Shown here: one piece after another, positions 12,931-22,708 of the stretch
Layout: the number at the start of each line of letters is the position of its first letter
Numbering within the stretch: the first letter of the stretch is position 1
Assembly (NCBI RefSeq): GCF_048266365.1
Contig: NZ_JBLWZP010000010.1
Location: 50,459-114,458 of the forward strand
From: Galbibacter sp.
GTDB taxonomy: Bacteria; Bacteroidota; Bacteroidia; Flavobacteriales; Flavobacteriaceae
DNA: 64,000 nt
Reading direction: 5' to 3'
Made by a program: the position numbers and the translations under genes
Notes under the pieces: model-generated
Seen by the model: the letters and a program-made list of their open reading frames with translations, nothing else
What the model was told of the DNA's origin: nothing
Databases searched by the model: none

Positions 12931-13245
12931 ATGAGCGATCAGAAAGACCAAAATAAGAATCAAATTAATATTGAAATCGATGATGTGACCGCTGAAGGGA
13001 CCTACGCTAATTTGGCGATCATAAACCATTCGGTTTCTGAATTTGTAGTTGATTTTGTAAGTATTATGCCAGGGAGACCCAAGGCTAAGGTGAAAAGCAG
13101 AATTATTCTTACTCCACAGCACGCCAAAAGATTTCTGAAAGCATTACACGACAATGTTCAACGCTTTGAGAGTAGCCATGGGGAGATTAAGGATTATGAG
13201 CAACCTCCGATTCCTTTAAATTTCGGACCTACGGGTGAGGCTTAA
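12931..13245 (+). CDS. small conserved protein, DUF3467-like
   Basis: 104 aa. From memory, this matches the DUF3467 family that commonly follows rpoC in Bacteroidota. No search was run. Confidence 0.6.
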   Translation: MSDQKDQNKNQINIEIDDVTAEGTYANLAIINHSVSEFVVDFVSIMPGRPKAKVKSRIILTPQHAKRFLKALHDNVQRFESSHGEIKDYEQPPIPLNFGPTGEA

Positions 13246-13279
13246 AATGATTCTTTGCCTAAGTCTACTATTGGTTATA

Positions 13280-13996
13280 TTATTTTGTAGTAGTGCCCAA
13301 CACAGAGTTTAATATGGTACTAGGATTTGCTCTGGTGTCGTTTTCTACATCTTCCACAACGTTAAAGAGTCCTTCAACTAATTGTTGAGTTATCGCATCG
13401 TTTAGAAGTTCAGAAGTGTTTTGAGTAGTTCCTGTGCCCATTAGGGCTCCCAATACCGAGCTAAAGGTTCCACTATTGCTTCCAAGGGCATTACTTAACA
13501 GGGCGTTAATTCCAAGCTTTTCGGTTTGTGCTCGTACAACAGGCATAATGGCAGCACTTAACTGTGTTTCGGTTTTAGTTTTTAGGTAATTGGTGGCGGC
13601 ACCATTGCCTCCAGAGACAATATTGATGGCATCTGATAAAGTCATTTGGTTAATCGCTTTTTTTACGATCGGACTTGCTGTTGTAATAGAGGCATTGGCG
13701 ATTTGGCTAATGTATTGTTTTTCCTTGTTTACAATATGCGACAATCCCAAGGATTCCAGCTTGGTGTTGATGTCTTTTAATTCTTTGGGTAGGGCGGCCT
13801 CAATGAGAGCGTTGGTCATAAATGCATTCGAATCTTCAAAAAGGTTAAAGGCTTCAGAGGTTCCATTGTTTAGTACGCCTTGAACCGTGCTTAATATGGC
13901 ATTGGAATTTGAACTGGTTTGCTGCATGCTTGTGCAGGCAGAAAAACTACTTAAGATTAGGAGATTGATAATGAAGAATTGTAATGTCTTTTTCAT
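13280..13996 (-). CDS. lipoprotein, DUF4197-like
   Basis: 238 aa. Lipobox LSSFSAC, helical repeats, GGNGAATNYLKTKT motif typical of DUF4197 as I recall it. Confidence 0.55.
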   Translation of the reverse strand: MKKTLQFFIINLLILSSFSACTSMQQTSSNSNAILSTVQGVLNNGTSEAFNLFEDSNAFMTNALIEAALPKELKDINTKLESLGLSHIVNKEKQYISQIANASITTASPIVKKAINQMTLSDAINIVSGGNGAATNYLKTKTETQLSAAIMPVVRAQTEKLGINALLSNALGSNSGTFSSVLGALMGTGTTQNTSELLNDAITQQLVEGLFNVVEDVENDTRANPSTILNSVLGTTTK

Positions 13997-14041
13997 GATT
14001 TTATATTTTATGTGAAAAATAGTTGTTCGTAAGGTGGAGGA

Positions 14042-14539
14042 TTATGTTCTTTTTTCTAGTTCAATGATTTCAAGTTCTCTGATCGCATCCTTGTCAATGA
14101 CAAATCGCAACATGGTTCTGACTTGATGAATTCCATACTTACCTGCTGCTCCCGGATTCATATGTAGTAAGTCAAGTTTTTTATCCCATTGTACCTTTAA
14201 AATATGTGAGTGTCCGCATACAAATAATTTGGGTGGATTTGCTTTAATTTCTTCTTGTACTTTAGGATTATAACGGTTTGGGTACCCTCCGATATGCGTC
14301 ATCCAAACATCCACATCCTCACATTTAAAGCGATTGTTTTCCGGGAATTCTGATCGAATAGTCGCATCGTCTATATTGCCGTACACTGCTCTTAGTGGCT
14401 TGAGAGCTTTGATGGCATCGGTAACCTCAAGACTTCCGATGTCCCCGGCATGCCAGACTTGGTCAGCTTGTTTTACATACTTTAATATCTTATCATCTAT
14501 GTAACTGTGCGTATCGGATAGGAGTAATATCTTTTTCAT
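14042..14539 (-). CDS. metallophosphoesterase, YfcE/MJ0936 family
   Basis: 165 aa with motifs LSDTH, AGDIG, GNID, CGHSH and NPG. Confidence 0.85.
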   Translation of the reverse strand: MKKILLLSDTHSYIDDKILKYVKQADQVWHAGDIGSLEVTDAIKALKPLRAVYGNIDDATIRSEFPENNRFKCEDVDVWMTHIGGYPNRYNPKVQEEIKANPPKLFVCGHSHILKVQWDKKLDLLHMNPGAAGKYGIHQVRTMLRFVIDKDAIRELEIIELEKRT

Positions 14540-14672
14540 TTGCGTTGATCCGGGGTATTGGTTGAAGGCATCCTTTTAGGTCCATATTTTTGTTTTGTTA
14601 AAACAACCTTCGTCAAGTATGCTTTTTAAATTATTGGTATCTTTGTTCACTGTTACAAAAATAAGGTTTTAA

Positions 14673-15416
14673 TTGAGATATTTTATTGCGCTTTCATATA
14701 ATGGTAAGCATTACCATGGTTGGCAAACCCAGCCCAATGCGGTAACCGTCCAGCAGACCATCGAAGAGGCTCTGTCAACCTTGTTAAGGGATAAGATTAG
14801 TATCCTGGGTGCGGGACGTACTGATGCCGGTGTTCACGCTCGCTTGATGTACGCTCATTTTGATTATACACCTGAACTTGATGTAAAAGTGTTTATCCAT
14901 CAACTTAATAGTTTTCTACCTAGTGCTATTGCAATTAAGGATATTTATCCCGTAATACCTGATGCGCACGCTAGGTTTGACGCTGTAAAACGAAGTTATA
15001 CCTATTGGGTGGTACAACAGAAGGATCCATTTTTACAAGATTATGCGTATTATTTAAGAGCTGATTTGGATATTGCGACCATGAATAAGGCTGCTGCTAT
15101 TTTACTTGAAACGAAAGATTTTCAGTGTTTTTCCAAATCAAACACCGATGTAAAAACCTATATTTGTGATGTACAAGAAGCGCATTGGCAACAGGATGAT
15201 TCTTTGTTAGTTTTCCATATCACTGCCGACAGATTTCTTAGAAATATGGTAAGGGCTGTAGTGGGAACCTTGATAGAAGTGGGATTAGGTCGATGTAGTA
15301 TTTCCCAATTTAAACAGATTTTAAAGAGTAAAGATAGGAGACAGGCGGGTGTTTCTGTTCCTGCACAGGGGCTTTATTTGACAGAAGTTCAATATCCTAA
15401 GAATATTTTTTTATAA
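14673..15416 (+). CDS. truA: tRNA pseudouridine(38-40) synthase TruA
   Basis: 247 aa. YNGKHYHGWQ and GAGRTDAGVHA (catalytic Asp). Apparent TTG start. Confidence 0.92.
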   Translation: MRYFIALSYNGKHYHGWQTQPNAVTVQQTIEEALSTLLRDKISILGAGRTDAGVHARLMYAHFDYTPELDVKVFIHQLNSFLPSAIAIKDIYPVIPDAHARFDAVKRSYTYWVVQQKDPFLQDYAYYLRADLDIATMNKAAAILLETKDFQCFSKSNTDVKTYICDVQEAHWQQDDSLLVFHITADRFLRNMVRAVVGTLIEVGLGRCSISQFKQILKSKDRRQAGVSVPAQGLYLTEVQYPKNIFL

Positions 15417-15422
15417 AAATTA

Positions 15423-17192
15423 ATGAGTTCAGATAGTAATAAACAAAAATTCGATTTTAGGTTATTCAAGCGATTGATGCAGTATGCCAAAGCGTACCGA
15501 TTAATTTTCTTCGGTGTGGGCTTAGCAGCGATATTGCTTTCTGTATTTTCATCAGTACGACCAATACTTTTAAAATACACTGTGGACGATTATGTGCTCA
15601 CTAAGGACAGTCACGGTTTGCTGCTTTTTGTGATATATATGGTCATCGCTCTTGTTTTAGAGGTTATCAGTCAACTTTCATTTATCTATTATGCCAACTG
15701 GCTTGGACAGTCTGTAATTAAGGACATCCGTGAGAAGTTATTCAAACATATGATGCGCTTTCGGATGGAGTATTTTAACAACTCCTCCGTAGGGGTACTG
15801 GTCACTAGAGCCGTTAGTGATATCGAACGTATTGCCGCCATTTTTAGTGACGGCTTGTTTATGATTGTCAGTGACATACTTAAGATGATTGTAGTGGCCA
15901 GCGTTATGATTTATTACGATTGGCAATTATCACTTATCGTATTCGGAATACTTCCACTGATGCTTTATGCCACAAGACTCTTCCAAAAAGCCATGAAAAA
16001 AGCTTTTGTGGAGGTGCGTAAGGAGGTCTCTAACTTAAATTCCTTTGTACAGGAACGATTAACTGGAATGAAGATTGTTCAATTGTTTGTTCGTGAAAAA
16101 GGGGAGTACGAGCGTTTTGAAGAAATTAATGGGCGACACAAGAAGGCCTGGATCAATACGGTCTGGTATAATTCCATTTTTATAGCTGTAGTAGAATTAA
16201 TGTCTGCCATTACCACAGGTCTTATTGTTTGGTATGGTGGGCTGAGATCTGTTGTAGGAGGTGCGGAGGACTTAGGGAACATCTTTATGTTTATTATGCT
16301 CTCTAGTATGATATTTAGACCACTTAGACAAATAGCAGATAAGTTTAATACCCTTCAGATGGGAATGGTGGCTTCACATAGGGTTTTTGATGTGTTGGAT
16401 ACCCAGAGTAAAGTACAAAATGCCGGAACCATAGAAGCGGATGTCTTAAAAGGGGAAATTGAAATGAGTAATGTGCGTTTTGGTTATATCAAAGATGAAG
16501 AGGTATTGCATGGCATTTCCTTAAAGGTCAACCCAGGTGATACCATTGCTATTGTCGGTGCAACAGGAGCGGGAAAATCTACCATTATAAATCTTTTAAA
16601 CAGGTTTTACGATATTAATTCGGGATCCATCACCATTGACGGGGTCAATATACAAGACTACACTGTAGAATCTCTGCGTTCTCAGATTGCTGTAGTTCTT
16701 CAGGATGTATTTTTGTTTGCCGATACCATCCTTAATAACATTACCCTAAAAGATCCAGCGATTAAGGAAGCGGATGTGATTCAAGCGGCCAAAGATATAG
16801 GAATTCACAAGTTTATCGAAAGCTTGCCCGGCAGCTATCATTACAATGTAAAGGAACGTGGTAGTATGCTATCCAGTGGACAACGGCAATTACTAGCGTT
16901 TTTAAGGGCTTATGTGAGTAATCCAAGTATATTGGTCTTGGACGAGGCAACGTCTTCTGTAGACGGCTACTCAGAGCGTTTGATACAAACCGCGACAGAA
17001 AAGATAACCAAGGGTAGAACCTCTATTGTTATCGCGCACCGGTTGACAACTGTTAAGAAAGCCGATAAAATCATCGTTATGGATAATGGGAAAATTGTGG
17101 AAATGGGCACGCATAAACAACTGCTTAAAAAACAAGACGGTTACTACAGGAATTTGTACGAGGTGCAGTTCTTGGCAGAAGAGACGGTTTAA
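15423..17192 (+). CDS. ABC exporter, fused permease/ATPase (MsbA-like)
   Basis: 589 aa. Six-TM N-terminal domain, Walker A GATGAGKST, signature LSSGQRQ, Walker B ILVLDEATS. Confidence 0.9.
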   Translation: MSSDSNKQKFDFRLFKRLMQYAKAYRLIFFGVGLAAILLSVFSSVRPILLKYTVDDYVLTKDSHGLLLFVIYMVIALVLEVISQLSFIYYANWLGQSVIKDIREKLFKHMMRFRMEYFNNSSVGVLVTRAVSDIERIAAIFSDGLFMIVSDILKMIVVASVMIYYDWQLSLIVFGILPLMLYATRLFQKAMKKAFVEVRKEVSNLNSFVQERLTGMKIVQLFVREKGEYERFEEINGRHKKAWINTVWYNSIFIAVVELMSAITTGLIVWYGGLRSVVGGAEDLGNIFMFIMLSSMIFRPLRQIADKFNTLQMGMVASHRVFDVLDTQSKVQNAGTIEADVLKGEIEMSNVRFGYIKDEEVLHGISLKVNPGDTIAIVGATGAGKSTIINLLNRFYDINSGSITIDGVNIQDYTVESLRSQIAVVLQDVFLFADTILNNITLKDPAIKEADVIQAAKDIGIHKFIESLPGSYHYNVKERGSMLSSGQRQLLAFLRAYVSNPSILVLDEATSSVDGYSERLIQTATEKITKGRTSIVIAHRLTTVKKADKIIVMDNGKIVEMGTHKQLLKKQDGYYRNLYEVQFLAEETV

Positions 17193-17213
17193 AACCGCGA
17201 TAAGGTATTTCTG

Positions 17214-17999
17214 TTAAGCCAAGTCTTCGAGTATTTGATTCTTTAAATCTTCAAGAGTCTCAAAAAGGACAAACTCTCCGTTTTTCATATAGGATATCTG
17301 ACCATTCTCTTCACTGACAACCATGGAGACAGCATCAGTTTTTTCTGTGACTCCTATGGCAGCACGGTGGCGTAGGCCAAAGCGTAGAGGAATATTTCGT
17401 TCATTAGAAACCGGTAAAATGGCTCGGGTCGCTACAATTCTATTGCCTACAATAATAATGGCACCATCGTGAAGGGTACTGTTCTTATAAAATATACTTT
17501 CCAATATGGGTTGATTGACCTCAATGTCCATATGGTCACCTGTGTGCTTTACGAATTCCAGTGAGTTATTTCGCTCTATGACAATTAGTGCTCCCGTGCG
17601 GCTCATGCTCATTTTTTCGCAGGCCGATATAATGGCATCTACATTGGTCTCCACAGTGGTGGTGTCTTGCTTCATAAAACTGAAGTGTTTTAACAGCCCA
17701 TTTTTTCCTCTGAAATTCGTGGAGCCCACCATGAGTAAAAATTTACGTATTTCCTGTTGGAAGACCACCAATAGTGCAAAGAAACCAGCACCGATAAAAT
17801 TACCGAGAATATTACTTAAGATACGCATGTTTAGCGCCTCAGTTAACCAATAAATAATGTAGATCACTACAATCCCCATAAGAATGTTAATGGCGACGGT
17901 TCCCTTTACTAACTTATAGACGTAATAGAAAAGAAATGCGACTAAAAAGATGTCTATAATGTCTACCACCTTTATTTCTACAAAATCAAATAATTCCAA
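17214..17999 (-). CDS. cdaA: diadenylate cyclase CdaA (c-di-AMP synthase)
   Basis: 261 aa. Three N-terminal TM helices plus a DAC domain with HDGAIII and RHRAAIGVTE motifs. Confidence 0.88.
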   Translation of the reverse strand: MELFDFVEIKVVDIIDIFLVAFLFYYVYKLVKGTVAINILMGIVVIYIIYWLTEALNMRILSNILGNFIGAGFFALLVVFQQEIRKFLLMVGSTNFRGKNGLLKHFSFMKQDTTTVETNVDAIISACEKMSMSRTGALIVIERNNSLEFVKHTGDHMDIEVNQPILESIFYKNSTLHDGAIIIVGNRIVATRAILPVSNERNIPLRFGLRHRAAIGVTEKTDAVSMVVSEENGQISYMKNGEFVLFETLEDLKNQILEDLA

Positions 18000-18088
18000 A
18001 TTGCTCGGTTTTTAGGTAAATTTAAAAAAAATATAATTGGTAAGATGGAAATAACATTCCTGGTAAAATCTTTAGCCACGACTGTCTT

Positions 18089-18928
18089 TTAAATATCGCT
18101 GGTATTCTTGGTTATCATCTGATGTATATTGACACATTCTACGGCTTCTTTTACATCGTGTACCCTAAGGATATGAGCGCCTTTACCCAAGGCCAGGGTA
18201 TTTAAACTTGTAGTTCCATTTAATGCGTGTTGTGGGTCAGTCTTTAACAGATTATAGATCATTGACTTTCTGCTAATACCCACAAAGAGTGGCAACTTCA
18301 AAATGTGAAGTAAGTCCAGCTTGGCCATCAGTTCATAGTTTTGATCTAAAGATTTTGAAAAGCCAAAGCCAGGGTCAACAATGATGTCGTTTATTTTATG
18401 GGCGCGTGCCTCTGCAATTCGTTCTGAAAAATAATACAGCAATTCTTTCATCATATTGCGGTATTGGGTTTTTTCTTGCATGTTTTCCGGATTCCCTCTC
18501 ATATGCATTAGGATGTAAGGGACCCGAAGTTCACCAACGGTGGATAACATATCGGGATCCAATAAACCTCCTGAAATATCATTGATGATACTTGCGCCGT
18601 TTTCTATGTTTTGCCTTGCTACTTCAGCTCTAAAGGTGTCAACAGATATTAAGGCTTCGGGAAAATGTTTTAGGATGAGTTTTGTTATGGGGACACTCCT
18701 TTGGATTTCTTCTTCTGTGCTTACCTGCTTTGCTCCGGGACGACTACTATAAGCGCCCAAATCGATAAAGGTGGCGCCTTGTTCTAAAATAGCTTCTACG
18801 CGATTCAAAATCGGAGTGTCTTTTGTGTACTGTCCACCGTCATAAAATGAGTCTGGAGTTACGTTTAATATCCCCATTACTCTAGGAATAGATAGGTCAA
18901 TTAGGCTGCCCTTACAATTGATAGTCAT
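18089..18928 (-). CDS. folP: dihydropteroate synthase
   Basis: 279 aa. GILNVTPDSF, DLGAYSSRPG, SRKSMI and HDV motifs. Confidence 0.93.
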   Translation of the reverse strand: MTINCKGSLIDLSIPRVMGILNVTPDSFYDGGQYTKDTPILNRVEAILEQGATFIDLGAYSSRPGAKQVSTEEEIQRSVPITKLILKHFPEALISVDTFRAEVARQNIENGASIINDISGGLLDPDMLSTVGELRVPYILMHMRGNPENMQEKTQYRNMMKELLYYFSERIAEARAHKINDIIVDPGFGFSKSLDQNYELMAKLDLLHILKLPLFVGISRKSMIYNLLKTDPQHALNGTTSLNTLALGKGAHILRVHDVKEAVECVNIHQMITKNTSDI

Positions 18929-19053
18929 CTAATTATGGTATTAAATTTTATGCTACATAGCTCACTTACAATGGTCAACTTGTGAAAGTTTAGCGCTGTG
19001 GCTTTGACCATTGAAAATTTTGAGCGAAATTTACGCAAAATAGGATTAAACTT

Positions 19054-19599
19054 ATGCAAAATACATCAAAACAATATGACGGTGTCATTGGGCTCTGTCG
19101 GGATTTGTTTGAAAAAAAGATGAAAGACTACGGTAGTGCATGGCGTATACTGCGTTTACCGTCTTTCACTGATCAAATTTTTATCAAAGCCCAACGAATT
19201 CGTTCGATTCAGGATAATGAAGTACGCAAGGTCGATGAGGGAGAGGTTTCTGAATTCATTGGAATCGTCAATTACGCGATCATGGCGTTGATTCAACTTG
19301 ATAAGGGTGTAGGTAGTGATGCGGATGTCGATGTTAAGCAAGCTTTGGATCTCTATGATGAAAAGGTGGCTCAGACTAAGCAACTCATGGAGGACAAGAA
19401 TCATGATTATGGGGAGGCATGGAGAGATATGAGAGTAAGCTCCTTGACAGATTTGATTCTTCAAAAGATATTACGAGTAAAACAGATGGAAGATAATAAA
19501 GGAAAGACCTTGGTGAGTGAAGGATTTGATGCGAACTATCAGGATATGATAAATTATGCGGTCTTTGCTTTGATCCATCTTAAGGCGGCCCAGGTCTAA
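19054..19599 (+). CDS. DUF1599-like helical protein with internal duplication
   Basis: 181 aa built from two homologous halves (KDYGSAWR...VNYAIMALIQL and HDYGEAWR...INYAVFALIHL). The family name is from memory. Confidence 0.65.
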   Translation: MQNTSKQYDGVIGLCRDLFEKKMKDYGSAWRILRLPSFTDQIFIKAQRIRSIQDNEVRKVDEGEVSEFIGIVNYAIMALIQLDKGVGSDADVDVKQALDLYDEKVAQTKQLMEDKNHDYGEAWRDMRVSSLTDLILQKILRVKQMEDNKGKTLVSEGFDANYQDMINYAVFALIHLKAAQV

Positions 19600-19651
19600 T
19601 AGACCCTTGACCTATTGTGATAAAATCGAGTAACACAGAAATTAAATTATA

Positions 19652-20743
19652 ATGAAAATAGCCGTTTCAGTAGCCAGAATCCTTGTGGGATTACTATTTT
19701 TAATCAGTGGATTAATTAAACTTAACGATCCTGTTGGTTTTTCTTTCAAACTTGAGGAGTATTTTAGTCCTGAGGTTTTAGACATGGCATTTTTACTGCC
19801 GTTTGCCTTACAAATTGCCGTGTTGCTAGTAATCTTTGAAACTGTACTCGGGGTGATGTTGTTGTTGGGGTACAAACCAAAATTTACGGTTTGGTCATTA
19901 CTTCTTATGATCATCTTCTTTACGTTCTTAACGTTTTATTCTGCTTATTTCAACAAGGTCACTGACTGTGGATGCTTTGGAGATGCCATCAAATTAACCC
20001 CGTGGGAATCCTTTTCCAAGGATGTGGTGTTGCTCTTATTGATACTAGTCTTGTTCTTTGGTAGAAAGCATATTAAACCTTTGAAATATGCAGGGATTAT
20101 CACCATGGCAGCCTTGGCTCTGTGCTGTTGGTATGCCTATCATGTTTACAATCATTTACCAGTGGTTGATTTTCGACCTTATAAGATTGGGAAAAACATA
20201 GAACAGGGTATGGAAATCCCAGAGGGCGCACCTCAGGCTGTTTATGAGTATGCATGGAAGTTTATGGTGGATGGCCACGAAAAAGTATTGGTGACTACAG
20301 GAGATTATCCAACGGTTGACGGGGAGTTTGTGGATGTAGAAACAAGTTTGCTCCAAGAAGGTTACCTACCTCCAATTCACGATTTCACCATGGAGCGTGA
20401 TGGAGTTGATTATACGGAGGAACTTTTAGCAGAGCCCTTGTTGATGGTCATTGTCGCCAGAGTGATTGATAATGCTGATGGTGAGGGTTTAAAAGGGGTT
20501 ATAGCCTTGGCAACTAAGGCCAAAGAAAAAGGATATCGCGTTATAGGATTGAGCGCTTCTAACAAAGAGCAGTTAGCATCTTATAAAAAACAGTACGGTT
20601 TGGATTTTGATTTTTACTTTTGCGATCTCACTACAGTCAAGACCATTGTCAGGTCCAATCCTGGAGTTCTAGAGTTAAAGTCCGGAACCATTACTCAAAA
20701 GTTGCATTTTAATGATGTAGAAGACTTTGAGTTTGAAAATTAA
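19652..20743 (+). CDS. membrane protein: MauE/DoxX-like N-domain fused to a thioredoxin-fold C-domain
   Basis: 363 aa with about 5 TM helices and a DCGCFGD motif. The C-terminal TlpA/AhpC-like fold has no CxxC. Confidence 0.65.
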   Translation: MKIAVSVARILVGLLFLISGLIKLNDPVGFSFKLEEYFSPEVLDMAFLLPFALQIAVLLVIFETVLGVMLLLGYKPKFTVWSLLLMIIFFTFLTFYSAYFNKVTDCGCFGDAIKLTPWESFSKDVVLLLLILVLFFGRKHIKPLKYAGIITMAALALCCWYAYHVYNHLPVVDFRPYKIGKNIEQGMEIPEGAPQAVYEYAWKFMVDGHEKVLVTTGDYPTVDGEFVDVETSLLQEGYLPPIHDFTMERDGVDYTEELLAEPLLMVIVARVIDNADGEGLKGVIALATKAKEKGYRVIGLSASNKEQLASYKKQYGLDFDFYFCDLTTVKTIVRSNPGVLELKSGTITQKLHFNDVEDFEFEN

Positions 20744-20820
20744 TATGGTTGGACCAATTGAGATTGACCGTTTTAAAAAAAGAATGAAATATTAATTATA
20801 TACCTAAATTTAAAAATAGC

Positions 20821-21570
20821 ATGAGAGAAAAAATAGTTGCGGGTAACTGGAAAATGAATAATGATTTGGCTGAGACTCAGACTTTGATAACGGACCTTAA
20901 AAAAGTTTTGACCGATACCGATGTAAAGGTAAAGGTGGCGCCGACCTATGTTAATTTATATCCTGCTTATGAAGCCTTGAAGGGTACAGCAGTTGAGGTT
21001 GTCGCTCAAAACATGCATCAGGCTAAAAATGGAGCATATACAGGTGAAGTATCAGCTGGTATGCTTAAGAGTATCGGGATTATTTCTGTGATTTTAGGGC
21101 ACTCTGAAAGACGTGCTTATTTTGGTGAAGACGACGCTCTATTGGCTCAAAAAGTTTCTGCAGCGGTTGATGCGGGTTTAAATGTCATCTTTTGTTTCGG
21201 TGAGGAATTAGAGGATCGAAAAAGTGGTAAACACTTTGAATTGGTTGCAAGCCAGTTAAACAATGGGTTATTCCATTTACCGGCAAGTGCTTGGAAACAA
21301 ATCGTCTTGGCCTATGAACCGGTCTGGGCTATCGGGACCGGAGAAACTGCATCTCCAGAGCAGGCTCAAGAAATGCACGAATTTATCAGAAAAACTGTAG
21401 CAGAACAATATGATGCTGCATTGGCTGAGGGTGTTTCCATATTGTACGGAGGAAGTGTAAAACCTTCCAATGCTGCTGAGATCTTTTCTAAGCCTGACGT
21501 TGACGGTGGATTGATTGGTGGAGCGTCTTTGAATGCTGATGATTTTGTAGCTATCGTTAACGCCTTTTAA
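20821..21570 (+). CDS. tpiA: triose-phosphate isomerase
   Basis: 249 aa with NWKMN, GHSERR, AYEPVWAIGTG and GGASL motifs. Confidence 0.97.
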   Translation: MREKIVAGNWKMNNDLAETQTLITDLKKVLTDTDVKVKVAPTYVNLYPAYEALKGTAVEVVAQNMHQAKNGAYTGEVSAGMLKSIGIISVILGHSERRAYFGEDDALLAQKVSAAVDAGLNVIFCFGEELEDRKSGKHFELVASQLNNGLFHLPASAWKQIVLAYEPVWAIGTGETASPEQAQEMHEFIRKTVAEQYDAALAEGVSILYGGSVKPSNAAEIFSKPDVDGGLIGGASLNADDFVAIVNAF

Positions 21571-21583
21571 TTAAAGAAATTAA

Positions 21584-22417
21584 ATGGATCAAATTTATTT
21601 GGAATATACTTTCAAAGTAACACCTGCAAATCCCGGAACCGAGATCTTAATCGCGGAGCTGGGATATGCCGGTTTTGAAAGTTTTGTAGAGCTAGAAGAT
21701 GGTGTTATTGCTTATATACAAAAGAGGGATTGGAACCCGGAGATTTTGAGTGAGCTTGTCATTTTAAAAAATCCGGAATTTGAAATCTCACATACCTCAC
21801 TTGAAATAGAGCAACAGAATTGGAATCAGGAGTGGGAACGTAACTTTCATCCAATTGTAGTGGATGGAATCTGTACAGTGCGCGCACCATTTCACCAGGT
21901 TCCTGATACCAAAATCGATATCATTATTGAACCAAAAATGAGTTTTGGAACTGGGCATCATGAGACGACTCATATGATGATTCAGTTTATTCTTCAAAAT
22001 GATTTTGTAGACAAAACGGTCTTGGATATGGGAAGTGGAACCGGAGTCTTGGCTATTTTGGCAGAAAAGCAAGGTGCGGCTGCAGTGGATGCCATTGATG
22101 TAGACAATTGGTGTTATTTAAATGCCCAAGAAAATGTACTTCGCAACGATTGCAGCAAGGTTCAGGTTTATGAAGCAGACGCCTCAATACTTTCCGGAAA
22201 GCGATATGATGTAATTATAGCTAATATCAATCGAAATATTTTATTGGAGGATATTCCTGTTTATGCCAATTGTTTAAACGAAAATGGAATGTTGTTTTTG
22301 AGTGGTTTTTACAAAGATGATATTCCAAAGATCCAGGAACGCTGTGAAGAATTTTCGTTAAAGTTTGTTGAAAATCTTGAAAAGAATCTTTGGGTTGCCG
22401 TAAAATTCATAAATTAG
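21584..22417 (+). CDS. prmA: ribosomal protein L11 methyltransferase
   Basis: 277 aa. FGTGHHETT and the SAM-binding DMGSGTGVLAI motif. Confidence 0.9.
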   Translation: MDQIYLEYTFKVTPANPGTEILIAELGYAGFESFVELEDGVIAYIQKRDWNPEILSELVILKNPEFEISHTSLEIEQQNWNQEWERNFHPIVVDGICTVRAPFHQVPDTKIDIIIEPKMSFGTGHHETTHMMIQFILQNDFVDKTVLDMGSGTGVLAILAEKQGAAAVDAIDVDNWCYLNAQENVLRNDCSKVQVYEADASILSGKRYDVIIANINRNILLEDIPVYANCLNENGMLFLSGFYKDDIPKIQERCEEFSLKFVENLEKNLWVAVKFIN

Positions 22418-22426
22418 TATAAAATA

Positions 22427-22708
22427 TTGAAGATGAGTACCAAAGAAAAAATATTAGAGGATGTTCTAGTAGATGAGCTCGTAGTCAAAGAACATGAAAT
22501 CGTATTGTATAACGATGAGGTCAACACATTTGATTACGTTATCGATACGCTTATGAATGTTTGCGACCACACCCCGGAGCAAGCGGAACAGTGTTCAATC
22601 ATTGTGCATTACAAAGGGAAATGTACCGTTAAAACAGGTGATTACGAATACTTAAAGTCACGTTGTACTAGATTATTGGAAGCTGGACTTAGTGCAGAAA
22701 TTGTGTAA
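22427..22708 (+). CDS. clpS: ATP-dependent Clp protease adaptor ClpS
   Basis: About 91-93 aa. LYNDEVNTFDYVI and the ClpS core. The start may be ATG 22433 rather than TTG 22427. Confidence 0.9.
   Translation: MKMSTKEKILEDVLVDELVVKEHEIVLYNDEVNTFDYVIDTLMNVCDHTPEQAEQCSIIVHYKGKCTVKTGDYEYLKSRCTRLLEAGLSAEIV

Noticed and set aside
14638-14645. TATCTTTG (TAnnTTTG match) 28 nt upstream of the truA TTG start, as a possible promoter.
   Set aside because: There is no convincing -33 TTG at the expected spacing. A single 8-mer match in AT-rich DNA is too weak to report as a feature.
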